From Terriglobia bacterium (lineage in GTDB: Bacteria; Acidobacteriota; Terriglobia; Acidiferrales; UBA7541), in assembly GCA_963695545.1 (NCBI GenBank), contig OY968796.1, positions 3,136,001 through 3,200,000 of the forward strand: a DNA stretch of 64,000 bases, read 5' to 3'. The notes under the pieces were generated by a model that saw nothing but the letters and a program-made list of their open reading frames with translations, ran no database searches and was not told the DNA's origin. Position 1 is the first letter of the stretch; the number at the start of each line of letters is the position of its first letter. Shown here in pieces: positions 30,240-40,432 of the stretch. A program made the translations under genes and the position numbers.

Positions 30240-31310
30240 ATGATCAATCGACAAATACTGTTGTCTCTTGTGCTCGCGTTCGTCACGCTCGTCGGGGTCT
30301 CGCCGCTGTGCGCTCAATATGCTCCAGCTCCCGATGTGTACACCGTCACGGAGACCACCGCGATGATGGGGCCGGGCGAGACGATGAAAGTTTATCGCGA
30401 CGGCTCGAAAGCCGTCATCGACATCATCCCCGCCGCCGGGGCGGCTGCGGGCGTGACTCCCGCGCGCTCGTTCTACGATTTGCAGGCGCACACCAGCATC
30501 AGCTGGGACCCGACGTCCACCGCCGTCACGTGTGGCCAGGGCACGTTCTCCGGCGATTGGGGCGATCCCTTTGCCGGCGCCGCTGACCAGGCTTCCGACC
30601 TTGCGAAGCAGGGCGCGAAAAAAGTGGGCACGGAATCGATCGACGGATTTTCAACGGACGTGTACACGTTCCTCGAGCCGACGACCAAGACTGCGTATAA
30701 GGCGTGGGTCGATACGAAGTACGGTCTTATCGTGAAGCTGCAGGCGGGCGATCAAGTACTCCAGGAGATCACGCAGCTCAGCTTGGCCCCGCCGCCCGCT
30801 TCGATATTCGTGCTGCCCGCGGCGTGCGCCAATTTGCCGCCGATTTTGACGGACACCCAGAAGATCGCCGCGGAAACCGGCGGCAACGGCGATAACTACG
30901 TGTATGCGCACTTGCCTCCGCCTGAGGGATCGACGAACTCCTGCACGGTGGCCTTCAAGGTTGTGCAGGCCGGCACATTGAAGCCGGTCGAGATCAACTA
31001 CGCTGTGGGCCTCGATCTCGACCAGAACTCCAACGGCGGCTATAGCGTGGGCGAGGGCCTTGCCGGAACTGCGAAGTTTTCAGGCGGCGCGATCAAAGAC
31101 GTATCGGCGCAAAAACGCAATGGAGTGCTGCGCATTCCGTATGCGCCGCCGCATTTCTATATGGACGTCGAATTCGGCGACGCCGGGTCCGCTTCTGCGT
31201 TGCTCTACAGGCAATGCTTCGGGCCCGAGACCACTCTCTTGCTGGTCCTCAAAAGTCCCGACAACCTTTCCGACGGCGCCGATTGGTTGTGGTCCAAAAC
31301 CGGGAAGTAG
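30240..31310 (+). CDS. Secreted hypothetical protein
   Basis: Signal peptide; long ORF with host-like codon usage. Confidence 0.75.
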   Translation: MINRQILLSLVLAFVTLVGVSPLCAQYAPAPDVYTVTETTAMMGPGETMKVYRDGSKAVIDIIPAAGAAAGVTPARSFYDLQAHTSISWDPTSTAVTCGQGTFSGDWGDPFAGAADQASDLAKQGAKKVGTESIDGFSTDVYTFLEPTTKTAYKAWVDTKYGLIVKLQAGDQVLQEITQLSLAPPPASIFVLPAACANLPPILTDTQKIAAETGGNGDNYVYAHLPPPEGSTNSCTVAFKVVQAGTLKPVEINYAVGLDLDQNSNGGYSVGEGLAGTAKFSGGAIKDVSAQKRNGVLRIPYAPPHFYMDVEFGDAGSASALLYRQCFGPETTLLLVLKSPDNLSDGADWLWSKTGK

Positions 31311-31399
31311 GATCTTCTTCTGTTCGTTTCGCGAGAACTCTGCAAGCCGAGGAGCGCGCCGGAAAAAGTTTCCAGCGCGCCCCCCACATTTCGTGACGC

Positions 31400-32956
31400 C
31401 TACTTTGGTGTCGTCGTCGGCGTAGGCATGGTCGGATTATATTTCGCGCCCAAGTCAGGCGTCGATTCCACGTCGGTCGGATTGACGGCCTTCGCGACTT
31501 CCACCGCGAAAACGTAGCTCGGACCAAACATGTTGCTCGTGAAGAAGACGAGCTTCTTGTCCGGCGAGAAGCGCACATTCGGCTCCAGGTGATAATCGTG
31601 GTGCGACATGTTCACCAAGTGCTCGGATTCAAAGACGCCGGGCTGCCAGAAACTGGGATCGTTCAAGTCGCCCGGTCCTTCGTCAGCCACGATCATGTGC
31701 GGGTGAAACAGCTCGATCCATTCGCCATCGGGCGCGCTCGCCACCTGGCCCGGATCGCCGCCATCGCCGGTGAACATGTCGAGATCCTGCGTCAAGTTGA
31801 AGTGGATTGACCATTCGTTGCGCTGCATGTGATACGCGGTACGCGTGTGCGTCGTCAGGTTGTAGCTCGCCAGGAAAAAATCCTCGCCCTTGGGATATTG
31901 CCAGTCATACCAAATTGTTCTGCCGTCGAGCCCCCAGAATTCGTGGCCGGCAATTTCCATGAACATCGTGCGTTTGTGAATCAAAATGTTGCCCGTGCCG
32001 TCGGCGTGGATCATCCAGATGCGATCGACTTTTTGCCACAAGCCTTCGTGGCAATACATGATCAGGTCGGGATCGGTCGGCGAAAATAGCATGTGCCCGA
32101 TCCAGTCCGTCGAGTGGAACAGGACCTTCATGTCGCCGGCCTTTTCGCCGTTCGGGCCGGGCTCCAAGCGAATCACGAACATCACCACGGGAATGCGCGC
32201 GGCGAGTCGCCGCTCCATCATCTGTCCTTTTTGATTCGACTGCACGAGACCGCCCGGCGCGGGTGCCGCGGCGCCGGCGGCGGGAACCGGTGGCGCGGGC
32301 GGCGGCGTGGGCGGCGCGATCGAATCGGGGGTGGGGCCTTCGTTGTAGGTGCCCACGCCGAGAGTCTCATCGGCGTTCACGCTGGCCACCATGATGCCCG
32401 CGGGGAGATCGATCAGCTTGCGAATCGCGCCGGTATTTGTGTCCGCCTTGTAGATCGCGCTCGTACGAGTCGCCGGATCCATTTGCGTGTAGAAGACGCT
32501 ATCGGTTTTGTGGCCCACAACGATGGCGTGAACGCCGAACATGAAGCGCGCGCGCGGCGATGCGTCGGCATCGGCCGGCGGAGGCTGATTCGGCACGAGC
32601 AGCCGCGTCTTCATCGTGGCCAGATCGAGCACGCGGATGCCTTCGCGAGAGGTGTACACCATTTGTTTGCCGTCGGGCGTGTAGGCATTTACGTTGAAGT
32701 AGAAGGCGCTGGAGTTTGGCTCGTCCGAGACGCGCCAGACGCGATGTCCGGTATCTTTGTCGACCCACGTTTTCGGCGGCACCGGGCCCGCTGCGGAGGG
32801 CATGGCCATGCCTTGCATCGGCGCGGCGGCGGGCGGAGCTGCTTGCTGGCTCCCGATACTTTGCGCGCGCGCCGCAATCGCGGCGCCTCCGGCGATGGCG
32901 ATCACGAATGCACTGACTGCGCAACAGAACTGGATCGAAAGGCGACTCGGCCTCAT
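31400..32956 (-). CDS. Oligogalacturonate lyase family protein
   Basis: WVDKDTG, FYFNVNAYTPDG, YCHEGLWQKVDRIW, AGHEFW, EPNVRFSPD. Confidence 0.88.
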   Translation of the reverse strand: MRPSRLSIQFCCAVSAFVIAIAGGAAIAARAQSIGSQQAAPPAAAPMQGMAMPSAAGPVPPKTWVDKDTGHRVWRVSDEPNSSAFYFNVNAYTPDGKQMVYTSREGIRVLDLATMKTRLLVPNQPPPADADASPRARFMFGVHAIVVGHKTDSVFYTQMDPATRTSAIYKADTNTGAIRKLIDLPAGIMVASVNADETLGVGTYNEGPTPDSIAPPTPPPAPPVPAAGAAAPAPGGLVQSNQKGQMMERRLAARIPVVMFVIRLEPGPNGEKAGDMKVLFHSTDWIGHMLFSPTDPDLIMYCHEGLWQKVDRIWMIHADGTGNILIHKRTMFMEIAGHEFWGLDGRTIWYDWQYPKGEDFFLASYNLTTHTRTAYHMQRNEWSIHFNLTQDLDMFTGDGGDPGQVASAPDGEWIELFHPHMIVADEGPGDLNDPSFWQPGVFESEHLVNMSHHDYHLEPNVRFSPDKKLVFFTSNMFGPSYVFAVEVAKAVNPTDVESTPDLGAKYNPTMPTPTTTPK

Positions 32957-33147
32957 TAAATTGTCCTCCTGGTGGACGCACGCGATGCTGCGGTCAGTGA
33001 AATCCCGAATGGCGCGCGCGAATCGACGCGCAAGCAGATGGGACCGCTCGGTTTCCGAGTATGGCTGCTCGGGTCACCTCCATAGACGCCGCTCGCCCGC
33101 ATCGCGTTTCGACGCGGACGAGCTCGCTCGACGCGCCCGGCGCGCGG

Positions 33148-33176
33148 TTGACACTCGGCGCGGTGGCCGGTAGCCT
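33148..33176 (+). promoter_or_regulatory. Sigma70-type promoter
   Basis: TTGACA-17 nt-TAGCCT upstream of the reductase gene. Confidence 0.7.
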
Positions 33177-33229
33177 GTTCTTGTGGGGAACCGCGTGCAT
33201 GCCGGCGGTTTAAACTGGAGACGAACAAG

Positions 33230-35485
33230 GTGAAGGCCTCGAACGCATCGTGGGCGCAGCGTCTCTCCGGGAAGATTCCGGAGGCTTTGGCGCATGAAAT
33301 CGACGCGTTTGAGATCGATATCGATCTGCGCAAGCAGGGCAAGGTCGATGAGCGCCTGTTTGCCGAAACGCGGCTTCGGCGCGGCGCCTACGGACAGCGC
33401 TATGACAACGGCCACAGGCACAACGGGAAATCCGTTCTGGACGTCGTTTATCCCTCCGGCACGCTCACCAAAGGTCCGAACACCATGTGGGACGCGCCCG
33501 GCATGCAGCGCATCAAGATTCCTGCGGGCGGCCTGAACGCCGAGCAGCTTGAGACGCTAGCGGAACTGGCCGAAGAATATTCGGACACCATCGCGCACAT
33601 TACCACCCGCCAGGATTTTCAGCTGCACTACGTGCAGATTGACGACACGCCCAGCCTGATGCGCCGCTTGGCCGCCGCCAATATCACCACTCGCGAGGCG
33701 TGCGGAAATTCCGTGCGTAACGTGACGGCGTGCCCTTACGCCGGCACGTGCACGGACGAAACTTTCGACGTCACTCCGTACGCACGCGCGCTCTCGAAAT
33801 TTCTGCTCGGCCATCCGGACGCCCAGAATTTTGGCCGGAAATTCAAGCCGTCGTTCAGCGGCTGCGCGCAGCACGCGTGCGGCCTGGCGAGAATGCACGA
33901 CCTTGGATTGATCGCCGCCACGCGCATCGAAAACGGAAAGCAGAAGCGCGGCTTTGAAATGTTCGTCGGCGGCGGGCTCGGCGCGGTGCCCTACCAGGCG
34001 AAATTGTTCGATTCGTTTATTCCCGTCGAGGAATTGCTGCCGCTCGCGCAATCGATCGCCCGGGTTTTCGCCAGGCTCGGCGAGAAAAAGAATCGCAGCC
34101 GCGCGCGGATCAAATTCCTGATACAGGATTTGGGCATCGAGAAATTCAAGGAGTTAGTTCTCGAAGAACGCGCGACGCTGCCGTTCGATCCGCGATGGAC
34201 CGAATTCGTGAACGACGCCGAGCATTTCGAGGAAGAGCCGCTCAAGCCGGCCGGCGAATTGCCGCTATTGACGACAGTGGGCTTCGAGCGCTGGCGGAAA
34301 ACCAACACTCGGCCGCAGAAGCAGCCGGGCTACGTGGTCGTCACGGTGACGTTGCCACTCGGCGACATCACCGCAAATCAGTTGCGGTCTCTCGCGGATA
34401 TCGTGCGCCGCTTTACTCGCGAAACGGTGCGCACCACGGTCGAGCAGAATTTCGTGATTCGCTGGGTGAGCAAGAGCGATTTGCCGGAGCTTTACAAGGC
34501 GCTTGATGCCGTGGGCCTGGGCGATCCGGGTGCAGGCGCGATCGTGGACATCGTGGCGTGCCCTGGAACCGACACCTGCAAACTGGGAATCTCTTCGTCG
34601 CGCGGCCTCGCAGCCGAATTGCGAAAAAGGTTGGACGAGAAAAGCGTCGAGGTCGACGAGTCCGTTGAAAATCTGCACATCAAAATCAGCGGCTGCTTCA
34701 ATAGTTGCGGGCAGCATCACGTCGCGGACCTGGGTTTCTATGGCGTGAGCCGCAAAATCGCGGGCTACGCGGTGCCGCATTTCCAGGTGGTCCTCGGAGG
34801 CGAGTGGGCGAATAACGGCGGTTCTTATGGCTTGCCCGTCGTGGCCATTCCGTCCAAGAGAATTCCTGAAGTCGTCGCGCGGCTCACAGGAAAATATGTT
34901 GCCAAACGCACCAAGGGCGAAACATTCAAAGATTTCGTGAAGCGCATCGGCAAAGTTGAGTTGAAGGCTGAGCTGGAAGATCTGGCTCGCCCGCCGTCGG
35001 ATCCGACCGATCGTTCGCTGTTCAGCGATTGGGGCGATCCGCGCGAATACACGCTCGGAGATATGGGCGTCGGCGAATGCGCCGGCGAAGTGGTGTCCGC
35101 TGTCGAATTCGATCTCGCCGCGGCGGAGCGCGAAGTCTTCGAGGCCGAGGTGGCGTACGAGAAGGGCGCCGTCGAGCAGGCCGGCAAGACCGCCTATGTC
35201 GCCATGCTGCACGGCGCGAAGGCGCTGGTGAAGCTCGCCAATCCGAATATCTCCGACGATCCCGACCGCATCGTCTCCGAATTTCGGGCGCTCTATTACG
35301 ACACGCAGAAATTCTGGGACCCATTCGCGGGCGGGAAATTCGCGAATTACTTGTTCGATGCTCACCGCAAATCGAGCGAGGCGTACACTTCCGATTCCAG
35401 CCGTTATCTGATCGATGAAGCCCAGCTTTTTATGGACGCGGCGCACAATTGTTACAATCAGCTGGGCACGTCGGTATCCGTTTAG
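33230..35485 (+). CDS. Siroheme nitrite/sulfite reductase with C-terminal extension
   Basis: HITTRQD, ACGNSVRN, ACPGTDTC, SGCFNSC. Confidence 0.93.
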   Translation: MKASNASWAQRLSGKIPEALAHEIDAFEIDIDLRKQGKVDERLFAETRLRRGAYGQRYDNGHRHNGKSVLDVVYPSGTLTKGPNTMWDAPGMQRIKIPAGGLNAEQLETLAELAEEYSDTIAHITTRQDFQLHYVQIDDTPSLMRRLAAANITTREACGNSVRNVTACPYAGTCTDETFDVTPYARALSKFLLGHPDAQNFGRKFKPSFSGCAQHACGLARMHDLGLIAATRIENGKQKRGFEMFVGGGLGAVPYQAKLFDSFIPVEELLPLAQSIARVFARLGEKKNRSRARIKFLIQDLGIEKFKELVLEERATLPFDPRWTEFVNDAEHFEEEPLKPAGELPLLTTVGFERWRKTNTRPQKQPGYVVVTVTLPLGDITANQLRSLADIVRRFTRETVRTTVEQNFVIRWVSKSDLPELYKALDAVGLGDPGAGAIVDIVACPGTDTCKLGISSSRGLAAELRKRLDEKSVEVDESVENLHIKISGCFNSCGQHHVADLGFYGVSRKIAGYAVPHFQVVLGGEWANNGGSYGLPVVAIPSKRIPEVVARLTGKYVAKRTKGETFKDFVKRIGKVELKAELEDLARPPSDPTDRSLFSDWGDPREYTLGDMGVGECAGEVVSAVEFDLAAAEREVFEAEVAYEKGAVEQAGKTAYVAMLHGAKALVKLANPNISDDPDRIVSEFRALYYDTQKFWDPFAGGKFANYLFDAHRKSSEAYTSDSSRYLIDEAQLFMDAAHNCYNQLGTSVSV

Positions 35486-35544
35486 TTCGTTCGCGGTTCT
35501 GAGCGACACAATTACCCTGAAGTTCTCACGAGGAACGCCGCCCG

Positions 35545-36126
35545 ATGGAGTTGCAGCACGTCAACGTGAAGCTGTTCATCGAAAAACCCGGTGAGGTAGA
35601 TCTCGCCGCGTTGATACCGGTATTTCAGAAGTGGATCGAAGGTCAGATCTTCGGCGGCCTGCTGCTCGATATCGCCGATTACAGTCACTTGCATGCCGGA
35701 CCCGGAGTGGTGCTGATCGGTTTCGACGGCGATTACAGCGTGGACAACACAAATAATCGGCTAGGTGTGCGCTACAACCGCAAGGCCGTGCTCGGCGGCA
35801 GCAATCAGAATCGCTTGGAGCAGGCTATGCGCGCGGCGCTTTCCGCCTTTGCGAGATTGGAAGCCGAATCGCGATTAGAAGGGAAGCTACGCTTTGATGG
35901 CCGCGAGATCGAAGTTTTCATCAACGATCGCCTTCTCGCTCCCGATAGCGACGCCACTCGAAAAGCTGCCGACGCCGATTTCCGGAAGTTTTTCGAGAGG
36001 CTATTTCGCGGCGCTGGTTCGCTCTCTGCCGCGAAGGAAGAAGATCCGCGCAGGCTCTTCAGCGTAACGGCGAAGGCCTCGCGGCGGTTCTCTATCGCGG
36101 AATTATTGGCGAACCTCGATTCCTGA
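35545..36126 (+). CDS. Hypothetical protein downstream of the reductase
   Basis: Co-oriented, 59-bp gap; DIADYSHLHAGPGVVLIG. Confidence 0.75.
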   Translation: MELQHVNVKLFIEKPGEVDLAALIPVFQKWIEGQIFGGLLLDIADYSHLHAGPGVVLIGFDGDYSVDNTNNRLGVRYNRKAVLGGSNQNRLEQAMRAALSAFARLEAESRLEGKLRFDGREIEVFINDRLLAPDSDATRKAADADFRKFFERLFRGAGSLSAAKEEDPRRLFSVTAKASRRFSIAELLANLDS

Positions 36127-36186
36127 ATCGCGCGAAATCCGCGGCACCACGTCACGGAGGTTAGCGAGCGAAATGGACGGCCGAGA

Positions 36187-37167
36187 TTAGGGACGGAAGT
36201 AGTAGCTGCCCTTGGCCAGGATCACGTAATCGCGTCCCTTGTTTCCAAACGAGGGCACCAGACGCACATCCAGTTTGTGCGGTTTGCCGCCGACTTCACT
36301 TGCGGAAGTGTAGTAGCCGAGCGTGTAGCGCGTCCGGATGCGCTCGAGCAGCGCGCTGAACACGGAGCTCAGATGCGCCGTGTCCGGCACATCGAAAATT
36401 TCCCCACCCGACGCTTCCGCGACTTTTCCGATGTTCACCAGGCCGGGAATCGAAGCCGCGTACATTTTGGTTGCCGGCGGGTTGTAGCCCGGAATCTTTA
36501 AGTTGTAGACCGAAGCGTCCGCCGCGATGGTTTCGGTGATGATATCGCGCGTGCCCTGCGCGCCTGCGTCGGTGCCCACGTCGTCGCTAATCAAGATAAT
36601 CACGCGGCGGCCCTGCGGCGCCGTGGTCAGAAAATTCTCGGCCGCGATGAAAATTCCGTCGTTGATGTTCGTCGCGCCGCCGGCCTTCAGCGTGCTGATC
36701 GCGGCGGCGATGCTGGTTTTGTCTTTCGTCAGCGGCACCAGAAGTTGCGCGTCGGTTGCGAACGTAAACAGCGCCACTTGGTCCTCGGGCTTTAGCGTCG
36801 CCAGCGCGGTGGTCGCAGCGTCGCGCAGCGGACCGAGAAACGGACCGATCGAATCGCTGAGATCGAGCACCAGCGCGACGTTCAGCGGCAATTCATCTCG
36901 GCTGAACAGCGCGATTTTCTGCGCGACGCCGTCTTCGCGAACCTCGAAATCCGATTGCTTCAGATCGCCCATGATCTGGCCGGACTTGGTCTTCACGGTC
37001 GCGTCCAGCATCACGAGATTTGAGTTCACGTGAATGGCGGTGTCGTCGTCCTGGGCTTGCACCGAGACCTGTGGCCAGCGCGCGAGAGCGGCGGACAGAA
37101 AAACCAAAACGAACACTGGAGTAAGCAGGCTGAGGATGCGCATTCGGCGGCGCGGGAGTCTAGACAT
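36187..37167 (-). CDS. VWA-domain protein (acidobacterial type)
   Basis: LVMLDATV, MIDAS DLSDS, ILISD, YTLGY. Confidence 0.88.
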   Translation of the reverse strand: MSRLPRRRMRILSLLTPVFVLVFLSAALARWPQVSVQAQDDDTAIHVNSNLVMLDATVKTKSGQIMGDLKQSDFEVREDGVAQKIALFSRDELPLNVALVLDLSDSIGPFLGPLRDAATTALATLKPEDQVALFTFATDAQLLVPLTKDKTSIAAAISTLKAGGATNINDGIFIAAENFLTTAPQGRRVIILISDDVGTDAGAQGTRDIITETIAADASVYNLKIPGYNPPATKMYAASIPGLVNIGKVAEASGGEIFDVPDTAHLSSVFSALLERIRTRYTLGYYTSASEVGGKPHKLDVRLVPSFGNKGRDYVILAKGSYYFRP

Positions 37168-37450
37168 TGCGTGTGACGATTGCCTCGTTTCTTTTTCGGC
37201 TGCATTCCAACAATGAGTTCTACGCAAGGATGACCGGGACTGCCGATTTTATCCAGCGATAGTGCGGCGGACCCGGCTCACGGTGGAATGGTCGTGGCCG
37301 GCGGCTGCTTCCCGAACTGGAACCGCACCGGCCGCAATTGGGATTAGATGCCTAAATCCCGAACCGGGTTGAAATCTTCGCCGCGTTAAGAATCAGCAAT
37401 TTACCCAGCGCAATCAGCGATTCTGACAATAAACGCGCAATCGCCGCGTT

Positions 37451-37466
37451 TGGTAAACGTATTGCA
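37451..37466 (+). promoter_or_regulatory. Possible sigma54 (-24/-12) promoter
   Basis: TGGTAAACGTATTGCA (GG-N10-GC); IHF-consensus AATCAGCAATTTA at 37391-37403. Confidence 0.4.
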
Positions 37467-37619
37467 TTGTTCACGTGTGGCAGCTGCTTGGATTGGATAC
37501 TGCCCGAAATATGTTTCTCCCCTCAAAGCATATTGATTTCGATCACAGAGGGGACGTAAGTGCGCTCAAAGGGCCGAAGCTGCGGTTCCGGGATCGCCGC
37601 GACAATTGAGGAGGCCGTG

Positions 37620-39749
37620 ATGAAATTTGCGACATTGGCGAGATTATCGAGGTTGGGCCGGCTGGGGCGGTATCTGATCGCTGCGCTGGCGCTGATGTTT
37701 GCTCTCGCGCCAGCACTTCGCGCGAACGACACAGCCGCGCCGCAACCAACGGTGAGTCCTGCCCCCGGCTCGACCGCCATCGCGGCGCCGAGCGCAACGC
37801 CCGCGCCAGCGCCGCAGCCTACGCCGAGCGCGGCACCGAGCCTCGCCGATCCGGTGGATTCATTCTCGAGCGTTGAAACGGACGTGGCGAACGCCGCGGT
37901 TGCGACCACGCCCGCGCCATTCGGACTCTTCACGCCGATGTGGGCGATGCCGCCATCGCTGGTGCGCGACGAAGCGCGTGGTGAAAGCGCGGGCATGGCC
38001 CAGCATCCCTGGGGAGAGCCGGGCGATTATCCGAAGTGGGAGCTATTCCTGGGCTACTCTTTCTGGCAAGCCACTCCGGAGACCAATCGCAACCGCATCC
38101 TGTATATGAACGGCGGCAACGCGTCCACCGCCTACAACGTCACGGAGCACGTCGGCTTCGTCCTCGATTTCTCGGGCTTCGGTGACACCAGAGTGCGTCT
38201 GCCGCTCAACGGCATCCCTCCGACGAAAGAATATGACTCGAGCGGGAATGTACTCACGTTCATGGTCGGTCCGCGTGTTTCCTTCCGCCACGAACGGATA
38301 ACTCCGTTCGGCCAAGTCTTGTTCGGGTCCGTGCTCGCCAGTGCGGTCACGCTCGATGGATGCACCGGCACTCTTGCCGCGTGCAGGCCTCTCGCGGAAG
38401 AAAGAGTCTACGGCGCCACAGCCGGAGGCGGTCTGGATTTCACATTAAGCCGGCACATCGCGCTGAGATTGTTTCAAGTGGAATACCTGCTCACCGGATT
38501 CAGGAACGCCGCCTCGCCAACCGGAATGAAAAGTTGGGAAGGCAATCTGCGCATCTCCACGGGAGTTGTGTTTCGCTTCGGCGGAAATCCGCCACCGCCT
38601 CCGCCGAATCATCCGCCGGTTGCTTCGTGCTCCGCTGACAAAAGCGTGGTCTTCGTCGGTTCGGGAGACGTGGTGATGGTGCGCGCGGATGCCAGCGATC
38701 CGGATAATGATCCTCTCACGTATATGTGGTCGGCTGATGGCGGCGCCGTGGATGGCACGGGCGCGCAAGTCCACTGGAATTCCTCCGGCGTGAGCGTGGG
38801 AACCTACACTGTGCGCGTCACTGTGAGCGATGGACGCGGTGGCACCGCGGCCTGCTCGGCGGGCATTCAAGTCGCGCCACGGCCCGATCACCCGCCGACA
38901 ATGACCTGCTCGGCGGACCGCACCAGCGTAAACATCGGCGATTTGGTGCAGATCACGGCCACGGCCAACTCTCCGGACAACGATCCTCTGACGTATTCCT
39001 GGACAGCGAGCGGTGGAAACATTCGCGGCACGGGAGCGGCGGTGCAGTTCGATACCGGCGGCGTGGTGGCGGGGCACTATTCGGTGTCGGGTCACGTAGA
39101 CGATGGCAACGGCGGCAGCGCCGATTGCTCGCTGGGAATTGAAGTGCACGAACCGCCGCCATCGCCTCAAATGATGGCGCTCGAAGGCAGACTGTCCCTG
39201 CACAGCATTTATTTCGCGACGGCTCGCCCGACGGCGGAAAATCCCGAAGGCGGTTTGCTCGACAGCCAGCAGAAAACTTTGCTGGCCCTGGCGGCCGACT
39301 TCCAAAGTTATTTGACGTTCAGCCCGAACGCCCACTTAATTCTTGGCGGGCACGCGGATAAGCGCGGTTCGGAGGAATACAACAAGGCTCTGACGGAGCG
39401 TCGCGTCGACCGCACCAGGAGCTTCCTCGTGGAGCACGGCGTGCCCTCGGCCGACATCGAAACGCAAGCGTTCGGCAAAGACGACGATCTGGATGCGGAG
39501 CAAGTGAAATCGCAAATCGCCACCGATCCGGATTTGACCCCGGCCGATAAGCAACAAATGTTGGAAAACATGCAGGTGATGGTCCTGGCCAACAATCGGC
39601 GCGTGGACGTTTCTTTGAGCACGACCGGCCAACAATCCACGCACCGGTATCCATTCAACACCGCGGATTTCCTCGCGCTGATCAACACCACGGACAAAAC
39701 GCATCGCAGGCCCGCGGCGATGGCGCCAAGGAAGAAACCTCAGCAGTAG
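37620..39749 (+). CDS. OmpA-family protein: beta-barrel, two PKD/Ig-like domains, OmpA domain
   Basis: ASDPDNDPLTY repeats; GHADKRGSEEYNKALTERR; NRRVD. Confidence 0.9.
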   Translation: MKFATLARLSRLGRLGRYLIAALALMFALAPALRANDTAAPQPTVSPAPGSTAIAAPSATPAPAPQPTPSAAPSLADPVDSFSSVETDVANAAVATTPAPFGLFTPMWAMPPSLVRDEARGESAGMAQHPWGEPGDYPKWELFLGYSFWQATPETNRNRILYMNGGNASTAYNVTEHVGFVLDFSGFGDTRVRLPLNGIPPTKEYDSSGNVLTFMVGPRVSFRHERITPFGQVLFGSVLASAVTLDGCTGTLAACRPLAEERVYGATAGGGLDFTLSRHIALRLFQVEYLLTGFRNAASPTGMKSWEGNLRISTGVVFRFGGNPPPPPPNHPPVASCSADKSVVFVGSGDVVMVRADASDPDNDPLTYMWSADGGAVDGTGAQVHWNSSGVSVGTYTVRVTVSDGRGGTAACSAGIQVAPRPDHPPTMTCSADRTSVNIGDLVQITATANSPDNDPLTYSWTASGGNIRGTGAAVQFDTGGVVAGHYSVSGHVDDGNGGSADCSLGIEVHEPPPSPQMMALEGRLSLHSIYFATARPTAENPEGGLLDSQQKTLLALAADFQSYLTFSPNAHLILGGHADKRGSEEYNKALTERRVDRTRSFLVEHGVPSADIETQAFGKDDDLDAEQVKSQIATDPDLTPADKQQMLENMQVMVLANNRRVDVSLSTTGQQSTHRYPFNTADFLALINTTDKTHRRPAAMAPRKKPQQ

Positions 39750-39977
39750 CATTCGCAATCGTGGTTGGGGCGGCGCGGCGCCGCGTTCGCGACGCCGCGC
39801 TGCCCCGCACGCGTCCCCGATTCGCGCAACGGAATTTGCATCGAACATGCGGGCGACGCCGCCCGTGCAGAGCGACACTCCCGAGAGATTCGGATGGGTT
39901 GCCGGTCCCCCCCGCAGCCAATCTTTGAATGCAGGCAGGCCGGGCTCTCCGCCCGGCTTTTCTGTTTCTGGACGCGT

Positions 39978-40154
39978 TTACTCCAGAGCTTTGGCGCCGA
40001 AGCGGGCGAGGGCGTCGCCTTGCAATGAATAGGTGATTTCGATCGGTCTGCAGCAGACTTCGCAATCCTCGATGTAGGTTTGATGAGGGATCGATGGGTC
40101 CAGGACCATCGAGATCTGCTCTCCGCAGTGCGGGCAGCTGAAAAAATGTTCCAC
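39978..40154 (-). CDS. CPXCG-motif cysteine-rich small protein
   Basis: CPHCGE...YIEDCEVCCRPI. Confidence 0.85.
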   Translation of the reverse strand: MEHFFSCPHCGEQISMVLDPSIPHQTYIEDCEVCCRPIEITYSLQGDALARFGAKALE

Positions 40155-40432
40155 TGCGCCTCCGCGCGATCGTGTGGGACGTCTTAGCGGCACATCGTAG
40201 CAAACGAGGCGTCGCCGCACAGTGCAATATTTTGTTGGACGAACGGCAACGGCGATCCGCGTCGAGCATTGCGCGGCGAAGTGGCAGGGTGTACATTTTT
40301 ATTCCGCTGTCGCCCTTCCGGGGGGCTCTAGCGAGCGGCAATTTGGCCGGAAGGGAAGTCGCAAGCTAGGATTTCCACAGACGCCCTGATGGGGCTCGGC
40401 AGGTCCAGACAAGGCCAGGCAAAAAAACAACC

